Shown here piece after piece: positions 34,656 through 44,358 of a stretch of 64,000 nucleotides of DNA (position 1 is its first letter; each line of letters starts with the position of its first letter). The notes under the pieces were generated by a model. The model saw nothing but the letters and a program-made list of their open reading frames with translations. It had not been told where the DNA came from and ran no database searches. The position numbers and the translations under genes are program-made. The DNA lies in assembly GCA_964019335.1 (NCBI GenBank), contig OZ025715.1, forward strand, positions 310,001-374,000, given 5' to 3'. Source of the DNA: Diplonema japonicum. Taxonomy: Eukaryota > Protista > Euglenozoa: Diplonemea.

Positions 34656-35029
34656 AGATTGTATGAAAGACTACGGACACTGATATTTATAGTAGCTCGG
34701 AATAACACCTAGTGGGTGCGGCCTTAGCAAGTCGAAAAGGAAGTGGAATTTAATAGCTATTTATTTGCAACAAATTATGGCCATAGTTTACAAGAATCGT
34801 GGGTTTTTTGGCCGAGGGCCCGCAGGGCCATATTTTGGCGCAAAGTAAGTAGTTTTATCTGATAGTTCAAAAATTGAGTCACTCCGAGTGACCGAGAAAG
34901 TGGCCAAAATCCCAAAACCAAATTATGAGCTATCAACTGTCAATAATAGCTATCAAATTATGAAAAACGGCCTATTTTCAGCTGATTCAGGCAGAAGTGC
35001 GGTGACCCTACACATTTTTAATCCCCCAG

Positions 35030-35487
35030 ACAACCCTGTTGACCTGTGACATTGCACCTTTCCAGGAAATAGTTCTCCGTTACACGAAGACCCCCGAAGA
35101 AACCGCATACAAACAAAGCACGGTACAGCAAGAAGCAGTTCAGCGGCCCAGACCAGGTCACTCCATAGACATGAGCTCCTCGAGATCCCCCCGTTCGAAA
35201 GTGGATGCTTTCGTCTTCAGGGGCCCTTGTTCTTCAGCACGCTTGCAAAAAAGTTTGACACGGTCCCATTCCCCAACCTTCTGGTTGCACTTTTCCTTAC
35301 CTTATCTGGGAGTGGTTCAAAGAGAAGAAGGGGCAGCGCCGTTTTTTCTTCAGCTTCCTAAGATGAGCGAGAATGTCATCTTCAGTCGGTCCTTCGTCTT
35401 TTTCCCACGAAAGTCAGCCCATGTTTTCAGGTACTGTGTTTTGCTTATTTCGGGTAGAAGACTCTCTTCCTTCTTCGTTTTCGGCAT
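35030..35487 (-). pseudogene. Decayed tyrosine recombinase (Crypton-like)
   Basis: Frameshifted: LLPEISKTQYLKTWADF / PTEDDILAHLRKL / APSSL*T / KASTFERGDLEELM / LLYRALFVCGFFGGLRVTE (YR box I Arg). Confidence 0.75.
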
Positions 35488-35600
35488 TTGATGTTTTTAT
35501 TTTTGATGATCTTGAGCTCAAATGTTATAAAAAGAATTTCCTGAACAGTGAGCACCCCCATGCACACTGAAGTTTTATCGATTTCTTTTTTTTTTTTGAG

Positions 35601-36324
35601 AAAAGCAACGTCCACGGTAACCAAATAACTTTTTTCCACTCAAGTCTGTAAGCAGAATTTCCACCACTGTTTACGGTAACCCACAACTTTTTTTCCACTC
35701 TCCACGGTAACCTACAACTTTTTTTCCACTCAAATGGTTTTTTGTAAGAATTTTCCACTCTCCACGGTAACCTATTTTTATTTCCACTAAACCATGTAAG
35801 TAAGAACTTTTTTTCCACCGTCCACGGTAACCCACAACTTTTTTTTCCAACGTCCACGGTGGAGGTCTGTGTGCACTTGGGAAAAACGTGCAGGCACAAC
35901 CAGGGCTCGGAAAGACACCAAGAATTGGAAGCGAAGTGAGACAGAAGGGAAAAATAAGTGCAGAACCCTCATTACTCAACTGCGCCACAGCCACAATCAC
36001 TCTTCGAAGTGCTGTCCCAGTTGAAGTCCCAGCCTTCAGGGTAGTCACCCATTTCTCTTAAAAGGTCTTTTTCCCTTTTCTTTTGCGATGACATCATGTT
36101 TTGCCCCCCTTGCTACATTTCGTACCAAACCCCAATGAGGCATAGAAATGTCGGAGGTTACCGTGGACGGTGAAAAAAAGTTAGTGGTTGCATAAGGGAA
36201 ATTGTTGGTGGTTACAGTAAAAAGTGGAAAAAAAAGTTGTGGTTACCGTGGATGGTGGAAAAAAAGTTGGAGGTTTAAGGCGACGGTGGAAAAAAGTTAT
36301 TTGGTTACCGTGTACGTTGTTTTT
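35601..36324. mobile_element. Foldback-like non-autonomous element with tandem TCCACGGTAACC sub-terminal repeats
   Basis: 29-bp TIR AAAAGCAACGTCCACGGTAACCAAATAAC with 2 mismatches; repeat arrays are inverted between the two arms. Confidence 0.8.
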
Positions 36325-36325
36325 T

Positions 36326-36368
<43 letters not shown>

Positions 36369-36574
36369 ACCACCCCTCAGTTATCTTTTTCAGTGTCCAT
36401 GAAAGTCATGCACTCTCTTCCCTCATTTTTTTCTTGTTCTTCTTCTTTCCACCCGCAGTGCTCCACATAGAATGGGGGGATGGGGGGGAAGCAATCGACC
36501 TCGAAGCGCCTGTCGCACAAAAGAGATCCCAGCGAACGATATATAACAATCGAAAACAGAAGAACGTATACCAA

Positions 36575-36762
36575 TGACGACAGGCAGCAAACTGCATGAG
36601 CGCCGAATCTTAGTTACCCCGGCTGGGGTTGTTGAGCTGTACACCACGCATTAAGGACACGACACGGAACGCAGAAGAAGCTACAACTCGGCCGCGGTGC
36701 GCCCCCTGTAATCAAGTAGACAGTTCTTGTGCAGGGCGCCACCAACACCGGCCTCCTTTAAG
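36575..36762 (+). mobile_element. Copy of the 8277-8560 repeat family
   Basis: Direct sequence match. Confidence 0.75.
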
Positions 36763-37080
36763 AGACAAACGAGGCCAGTGTTGGTAGCGCCCTGGGGAAA
36801 TAAAACAACATTTCAATCCGACTCGCTGTCTTCATCGACGTCAAAGTATGATTGTGCTGCCTGTGTAGTGTCCAGTTCTTCGTGTTATATTTGATGGAAC
36901 AAAAAGCACATCTGGTTGCCTCTCTCAACAGACGGAGGGGAGAGAGGTGGGCTTGGCAAGCCAGCAGGATGTGTCTGATTTTAAAAAAAAAAAAAGAAAA
37001 TGCGAGTCATGTTGTGCCCTGTATGTAAACTTGCGGAGAGAAGACGGGTGGGAACGTTCAGGCCGAATCTTTTTTTCCCC

Positions 37081-37232
37081 ATGACACCAGTTCATCTTGA
37101 AGCTGGGAACGGACACCTTAAGACGGTTAAATATCTCGTCGAAACTCGCCGGCAAAAATGTTGTGTCAAAGACAACGGCGGTCGAACACCTGTGGTTCTA
37201 GCAGCTGAGAACAATCCTCGAGACTGTTACAT
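37081..37232 (+). pseudogene. Ankyrin-repeat fragment with an empty target site
   Basis: TPVHLEAGNGHLKTVKYLVET...KDNGGRTPV; aaatatCTCGTCGAAACtcg is uninterrupted. Confidence 0.8.
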
Positions 37233-38459
37233 ACATGTCGGGACAGGGCATTCGCGCTGCTTCTTAGTCCGCGAGCAGACCAAACTGACGAAAAGAATAA
37301 AGCCCCCATAACGCGATTAAAAGAAGATAAAGGATACTGCGGCGTAGCCATAAAAGAAATTCCTTGTGACTCCCCAGTTCAAAAACGTGTTTATTTCCGA
37401 CAGACCTGGTATGGTGTTGCGATGCGTCCTCCTGAGGAGCCTCGTTGGGATTCTTCACAGCTTTATGTCCGGAGGTCACTGTTATATGTGCGGGCAGAGT
37501 ATGGGTGTCCTGTGGGTATTGTGATATCCCGTATATGGGCGGAAATACGGGTGGCTGTTCAGAGCCGCTTGTGACTTGCTAGGGCCACCTTATTGCTGCC
37601 GTTGGGAGAAGTGACCCCAGTTATTCATGTTATTGTGCAGGTGGTGAACTGTGCTGTGTTGTGCTGTGGGTTATGGTGGTTCCATGGAAACCGACGAACA
37701 ATATTAATGGTGTATTATACCCAATAAAAAGCGTTCATTTCCCTGAGGGGTTGGAACTCAGAAAGGGGGGATCTTTTTCGACTTGCTTACTAGGTCGCTC
37801 CCACTTGGTGGGTTGGAGGTGTCTCGAGACACAGAAAGCTTGCCCAGTTGTCTTGGTACTCCTACTATAAAAAAAAGAATGAACAAAAACGTTGTTTAAA
37901 AAGAGAGAAAACTAAAAACCTGATAAGTTTCGGTGTGCGGTGGTGCTCACTGAGAGAGAAAAACGTGGTATCCCCTGTTTCAGGGCAGCTCTCGCTGACG
38001 CACACCCACAGAGGGGATGTGGTCACCCCTTACATCTCGTGGCAAGGTGCCTCGAGTGGTATTTTGGGAAGCCTAAGGCATTTTTCCCCTTGCGACCACG
38101 CAAGGTTCAATCCCTGGAATCTTTCCAAAATTGCCGTTGTTTTGAAAGAAGAAGAGAAAAAAAAGAGAGATGGAGTCTCTTCAACCTATCTTTTGATCGA
38201 ACGTTTCTGTGGTGTGGCCTTCGGCCCCTCGCTCATCCTCCTCGGTACCTTAGGTATAAAACCCTCAACCGAGTTGGTAAGGACACAATAGTTGTACAGT
38301 TGCCTTTCAAGGATGTGGCGGGTTGCCGGGGAGGCGAATACCGGTCTAGAGAGTAGCCCCTACGTGCGTAGGGAGTGGACAGAAAAAATAGCAATTCTTC
38401 GTGTCCTGAACCGGGTTTTAAAGATGTGAAGTGTACAAAAAAAAAAAAAAAAAAAGAGA

Positions 38460-38690
38460 CTATTTAAGGGTGCCTGCAGTATGTGGCAGGGCGCCCTGCA
38501 CAAGTATCGTCTACTTGATTACAGGGGGCGCGCCTCGGCCTAGTTGTAGCTTCTTCTGCGTTCCGCGTCGTGTCCTTAATGCGTGCGGTGTGCAACTCAA
38601 CCCCAGCCATGGTGCCCCTGGTAACCAAGATTCTGAGCCCGTGCAGTTTGCTGCCTGTTCGTCACTAAGCATCTGCGATACGTTCTTCCA
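38460..38690 (-). mobile_element. Inverted copy of the 8277-8560 repeat family
   Basis: Reverse-complement match; its terminus ggcg.cctgccaca.ac.gcagg.a.ccttaaa also occurs at 25981-26013. Confidence 0.75.
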
Positions 38691-38710
38691 GTTAAATATC
38701 TCGTCGAAAC

Positions 38711-38767
38711 AGGAGAGGTGCGGCATCACGCACTCTTTCCGTCTCATACACAAAAAAAAAAAAAAAA
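38711..38767 (+). mobile_element. Family A poly(A) retro-insertion in an ankyrin repeat
   Basis: Perfect 11-bp TSD CTCGTCGAAAC at 38700-38710 and 38768-38778. Confidence 0.92.
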
Positions 38768-38879
38768 CTCGTCGAAACTCACGGGCAAGACCCTGGTGTC
38801 AAAGATAACTACGGTCAGACGCCGCTTCATGAAGCAGCATGCACCGGACAACTCGAGACAGTTAAATATCTCATCGAAA

Positions 38880-38970
38880 AGTATGGGTTTTCTCCCCCCC
38901 CTTTTTTTTTAAAAAAAATTCCAATCAGCCAGGAGAGGTGCGGCATCACGCACTCTTTCCGTCTCATACA

Positions 38971-39002
<32 letters not shown>
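38880..39002 (+). mobile_element. Family A poly(A) retro-insertion (longer 5' end) in the next ankyrin repeat
   Basis: TSD CTCATCGAAA (38870-38879) and CTAATCGAAA (39003-39012). Confidence 0.85.
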
Positions 39003-39004
<2 letters not shown>

Positions 39005-39115
39005 AATCGAAACTCACGGGCAAGAACCTGGTGTCGTGGACGACACCGGTGAGACACCGCTTCATGAAGCAGCAAACTACGGACATCTCTAGACAGTTAA
39101 ATATCTTGTCGAAAC

Positions 39116-39276
39116 CACTAGAGAGCGAACCCTACGGGTGGCGGTGCGTGTTACGCATTCGTTACCTCGAAGGGGGTATAATGATTCTTGAGAAGAAAGC
39201 ACCTAATGGGCGGAGCTCTGGTAAAGCTTTGTAAGTGCAACCACTTCGATGGATGAATACTTCTGGAGCAAACATC

Positions 39277-39321
<45 letters not shown>
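39116..39321 (+). mobile_element. Family B poly(A) retro-insertion in a third consecutive ankyrin repeat
   Basis: Perfect 11-bp TSD CTTGTCGAAAC at 39105-39115 and 39322-39332; body unrelated to family A. Confidence 0.92.
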
Positions 39322-39323
<2 letters not shown>

Positions 39324-40420
39324 TGTCGAAACTCGCGGGCAAGACCTGATGTCAAAGACGACAGCGGTGACGCGTTTAGTCTTGGAGAATCCGAGACGTG
39401 CTCCACATAGGATGGGGATGGGGGGGAAGCAATCGACCTCGAAGCGCCTATCGCACAAAAGAGATCCCAGCGAACGATGCGACGAATGGGGTGTGTACGT
39501 CCAGGACATGTTCCAAAGACTGGAGAGCGAGAGTGCGCATATGTACGTGCTGAGGCTGACTGAAATGCATTTGGGTGAAACCGGAGCACGCATGCTGTAT
39601 CTGCATTTGCTGGAGAATCCTCTGCTCAACCCGGCAGACGTGGGAGGCCCTTCTTCGGAAGGTGCCAGTCGCTTGATCAGTGTCGTCGAATGCGCGCTAT
39701 ATTTTATAATTATGTGTCAACAAGGGTGACGAACAGGAAAATAACCCCCCCCTCGACCTTCATACTCCTCCCGAACTAACGCGATCAGTGCGTTCACGTC
39801 CGCCCCCGTGTGTGGTTCACCATCCTTGATGTCCAGGTGGAGGAGGAGGGGCTCCTCTGAGTATCCGACCAGCCCAGAAATGTTTAGCACTGGTGGCGTC
39901 TGTGCTTAACGGCAACAGGGTCTTTTCGATGCTTTGCTTCACTCTTCTCGAGCACTTGTCTCCTTCTCGAATCCGGGCCCCTTTGCCAGCAGCGTGTCTG
40001 GTGTCGGTATCTTCATGCGCGAGCTCCACCAATGGGATGCGTGTTTGCTGCTTGGTGGTTGGTGGTGCCTGCGACCAAACACGACATCGCCCACCCGTCT
40101 ATGAACTCCTGCCCCACCACGGGGCAAAGCACTGCCTGTTGAGGTCCTTCGAAGATTTTGACACTCAGGCATCTGGCTTTCCCTGTTGAAGTTTCAGCCA
40201 AAAGAAATTCTCGCGAGAGTGTGCGAGAATGCGAGTCGTTTTGCGAGAATTTCGGCTCAGACTTTTTTTGTGCGAGAATGCGAGTCGGTTCACCACTATG
40301 CCTAGGGGGTCATAAGGGGGTCGTTTTTTTGCCATTTTTCAGTTTCTTCGCCAAGGGCATTTTGGGCCCTTAAAAAAACTCTAACCACCCCAAAAGTGCC
40401 CACAAACCACCCAAACCCCC

Positions 40421-40620
40421 NNNNNNNNNNNNNNNNNNNNNNNNNNNNNNNNNNNNNNNNNNNNNNNNNNNNNNNNNNNNNNNNNNNNNNNNNNNNNNNN
40501 NNNNNNNNNNNNNNNNNNNNNNNNNNNNNNNNNNNNNNNNNNNNNNNNNNNNNNNNNNNNNNNNNNNNNNNNNNNNNNNNNNNNNNNNNNNNNNNNNNNN
40601 NNNNNNNNNNNNNNNNNNNN
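40421..40620. other. Assembly gap (200 N)
   Basis: Run of N. Confidence 1.
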
Positions 40621-40745
40621 AAACTTCTTCCCAGAAAAACTCCGGACGGAAAAATGTCCGGGTTTTTTTGGTGTCCGGGAGTTTTTCCGTCCGGGAGTTT
40701 TTCTGTCCGAGAATTTTTCCGTCCGACATTATTCGTTTTACAGTA
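40621..40745. mobile_element. Right end of the MITE family seen at 1258-1340
   Basis: TTTTTCCGTCCGG repeats ending CGTTTTACAG|TA. Confidence 0.65.
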
Positions 40746-41139
40746 TATATATATATATATATTCGGTGCTGGCCTTTTTTTTTTTTTTTTCTTCTTCCCC
40801 CCCTTTTTTTACTCTAATTGCAACTTCTAAGACACCAGGCAAGAAAGAAAAAAAAGAGAGAGAAAAAAGAAAAAAGAAAAGAAGGGAGGGGTTTCCACAC
40901 CCCTCCCCCCTCTTCTTTTCTTTTTGTTTTTTAATTTCTATTTTTCTTTTTGAGAGTCTTCAGAAATTAAAAATAAACTTTTCTTTTTTAGCCGTCGGAA
41001 AAAAAAAATGCTTTTTTTTGCACTTCATTTGAGGGGGGGGGGCGTCCGTGCCCCCTCTCCCTTTAGAAACATTATATGACGCCAAAAAAGAAAACAACCG
41101 GATGAAAAAAAAAAAAAAAAAAAACTGTATTTATTTTTA

Positions 41140-41226
41140 CTGTAAAACCCACGATAAAGCCTCTTAACCCACGATTCTATTAGGAAAAGAACCCGCTAGA
41201 GCTATGTCATCGGTTTTTTTCTGCAG
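41140..41226. mobile_element. Tiny TA-flanked MITE
   Basis: TA|CTGTAAAA ... TTTTCTGCAG|TA imperfect TIR. Confidence 0.45.
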
Positions 41227-41318
41227 TATTTTTTTTTTTTTTTTTTTTTTTCCTTGCTGCCGGTAACCTGTCATGAAGGAGGAGGGAGAAAAAAAAAAGA
41301 GAGGGGGAAAAAAAAAGA

Positions 41319-42078
41319 ATGTCAGATGGTAAGTTAAAGCAAATGATGGAGGTGAGAAGGGCCGAGAGAAAAGCCAGCACCGCCTTGTCCGAAGCCAAAC
41401 GGAAGAGAATGGAGGCTCAAATGCACAAAATCGGGGAGGGAAACCTGCTTTTCGGTGAGAAGAAAGCGAAGATAAAAGAAGAGGTGACCGTGAAAGACGA
41501 GCCCGAGAGGAAGGTTGTGATCAAAAGACGGACTCCAGCTATGCGGAGGGAAATAGCCATTCGGAAAGCACTGTCGAAAATAGGCTTCTTTGAATCCCTC
41601 ATTGAACCAGAGTCGTCGGACGAAGACGAGCTCCAAGCTGCTTATGAAGCAACTCCCTCTCTTCACAAACAGAAGCAGATTTTTGAAGGCGCGGTCAGCG
41701 ATAGCAACAACGCAGCCGGCGGGGCAAAATCGAAACGGGAGATCGACATGGAGTTCATCAGAATGCAACAGGAACTTGTTGAAATGGAAGAGAAGAACCT
41801 CGACAGAACGGAAGTCAACGAATCAGAGTGGAGGGAAGCCAACGACCGCGACGCCTGTATCGCCGCGGAAGAAAACGCTCAAAGGATTTCAAGGTATTTT
41901 CTTTTATTTTTAATTTTTGGAAGAAAAAAGAAAAAAAAATACCCACAGCATCAAGTGCCTCCGCGACAAACTAATCCAGAAGCAAAAGACACCGTCTAAA
42001 ACCCCCGCCGACTCCGATTCAAGTTCCGACGACAGCTCGGACGAGATGTTCGGGTTTGATTCTTGGAAAATGAAGGCC

Positions 42079-42084
<6 letters not shown>
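41319..42084 (+). CDS. Coiled-coil protein with ZNF830/CCDC16-like C-terminus; intron at 41894-41948
   Basis: Splicing yields QRISSIKCLRDKL...DSDSSSDDSSDEMFGFDSWKMKAK*. Confidence 0.7.
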
Positions 42085-42109
<25 letters not shown>

Positions 42110-42190
42110 TAGCTATTTACTGCCAACAAGTAATGACTTTACCGTTACCTCGAGGTCGGTAAAGCATTACTTGGCGGTAGGTAAGTGGTT

Positions 42191-42782
42191 TTATTTCACG
42201 ACACTCTGAAATTACTTCACCACGAGGGGCACAACAGGGTGACAAGGGGTACAACAAGAGAGGGGTTACAAAGGTTACAATACAAGTTGTTTTTCCTCCT
42301 TTTGTTGACTAAGAGCTGCCGCTGTCGCTGGCATTGCCACTGTCACCATCTCTAATCAGGCCTTCCCATACCTAGCGCGGCCGCTGGCTCCTTTTTTTCT
42401 GTTGCTTCGGTATTTTGAAGTCTTTTGGGGTGCTTGGGTAAGCTGACTAAGTTACCCTTACCCACAGAAGAGTTACCCACAGAAACTGGGAACAAGGCCT
42501 AGCCAAAAGTGGGCAAATTGGGAGGAAAAAGTAGTCCAACTTGGAACTGAGCCGAGGCAAAAGTTGGCCAATTGAGCTGAACCTGGGGGAAATAGCAAAC
42601 TGAGAGGTAGCCCCACTGGGAACCGAACCGAGGCAAAAATTGGCCTACCGAGGCATATTATTTAACGGAAACCCCCTATTACTTCACGGAAAACAGGCCA
42701 TTATTTCACCGTGAAGTAATGAGATTTAGCGTGAAGTAATGGGCCCCCCAGTGCGTGAAGTAATTTCTGAAGAGTGAAATAA
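42191..42782. mobile_element. Non-autonomous TIR element
   Basis: Left TTATTTCAC..CTCTGAAATTACTTCAC, right GTGAAGTAATTTCTGAAGAGTGAAATAA; GTGAAGTAAT sub-terminal repeats. Confidence 0.6.
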
Positions 42783-42826
42783 AAAAAAAAAATGGGTTTT
42801 TTTTTTTTTTTTTTTCTCATTTCCCC

Positions 42827-42858
<32 letters not shown>

Positions 42859-42873
42859 AACAAAAAAAAAAAA

Positions 42874-44241
42874 ATGTTTCCAAAAATCTTTATCCTGTTG
42901 GGTGCGCTGGTTGTTTCGGGGAGGAAACAGAGCATAAAGATAGTAGAGGACAAAAAAACGGACAACGTCTACCCGGCGTACTCGCAAACCGTCGCTGACA
43001 CGAAGCCATGCGGAGACGGCGCGCTAATGGAGGTTACGTTCAAACTTGACGAGGAAACTGACAAGATCTACGGCAACGCCGATGACTTCCCCGGCCACGT
43101 CGCTACAGAAGGAGATGTTTTCGAGTACGAAATAATGTGGACAGAGAGTTCCACCCACGCTAACGTCGATCTAGAAGCTGTTATGTCAAACTGGCGTTTG
43201 CGCGACGAAGACTCCATCAAGGACCAGAACGGTTACATCAACCACTGCGAGAAGACCACCCTGAACGGCCTCGCCAACGGCAAGTTCTACACCAGAAAGT
43301 TCGACCTTACCCCTGCGTCGGGCAAGCACATGAACACCCTCGCCTTCGCCGCAAACCCTGCAGGGAACGAGAAAGAAGTATCGATGCTTGTACGGAGCAT
43401 CCGCATCACACGGAAAAGCGGCGCCGCGCTTGAAATTTGGAACTCCAGAATGGTATTTTTTTTTTTTTTTTTTTTTTTTTTCCCCGTAAAGAAAAAAAAA
43501 TTTTTAAGGCGCCGTTGACCATCCGTTCGTACTTCCCGGGAACGATCGAGACAACGTGCAAGAGCAGTTACGTGATACAGAGCAACGCAACGTGTAACGC
43601 GGTTGAAGACCTTTCGGGTGTTATCAGAAACGGTACACAGCAAAAAAAAAAAAATAAAAAAATAAAGATAAAAAAAACCTGCAGGCAGCGCTCCGATCCC
43701 AATTGTCTTTGGCAGCAATGCTACATGCGTGGCGAACGTGACGGTCAACGCAGGCAGCTCCCCCGTCACCCCGGTACTCGCAGTGACCGCCGTGGAGGTA
43801 CTTGTGAAGCACCGTGGCATGGAACTGCCTCTGCTTGCCAACGTTTCGCTTGGCGTTTCCGACAACGATCTCATCTCCGAGGACAGCGCGCCTGTTACCG
43901 TGTCCACCTCCTCCTTCCGTGTTGGAGATGCCACGTGTTCTGAGCTCCTTCTGTCTATATACAAGGAGTCCGTTTTGGTGTTCGCTGCCATCATTCGCGA
44001 CACTGCATCAGACGCCGTTCACCGCAAGATGCTTCTTCAAGCACCCGTCCGCCTGATGTGTGGAGAATATGCTGATATCCTGGAGGAAGAGGAGGAGGAG
44101 GAGGAAGAAAGAGAAAAGGAAAAAGAGAAAACCCCTGCTGAGGAACACCAGGAAGACTTCGAGGATGCTCTCGAGGGACAGCTTGCAGCCATGGGCATTC
44201 CAGAAGACGAGTTCGAAGCGTTGCCTTACCCTGAAGAGTAA
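42874..44241 (+). CDS. Secreted/lumenal hypothetical protein; introns at 43453-43508 and 43633-43684
   Basis: Signal peptide; two GT-AG introns join three ORF-track fragments in frame; acidic tail ending YPEE. Confidence 0.8.
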
Positions 44242-44358
44242 GGGCAGGCGGGTGGGGGGAGGGTTGTTTTTTTTATTTACCGTTTCGATATCGTGCTGTT
44301 TTTCTTTTTTCTCGTTTCCTTTTTTTTTTTTGAATTTCTGGAAGGAAGGGGGTGGTAA

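Noticed and set aside
38050-38125. tRNA or tRNA-derived SINE (GGTTCAATCCC B-box-like)
   Set aside because: No convincing cloverleaf or A-box.
39240-39280. 5.8S rRNA-like words in the family B insert
   Set aside because: The match is only a few bases and does not extend.
39790-40330. Coding-like GC-rich stretch and GCGAGAAT repeats before the gap
   Set aside because: Probably a transposon fragment, but no diagnostic motif or paired end is visible.
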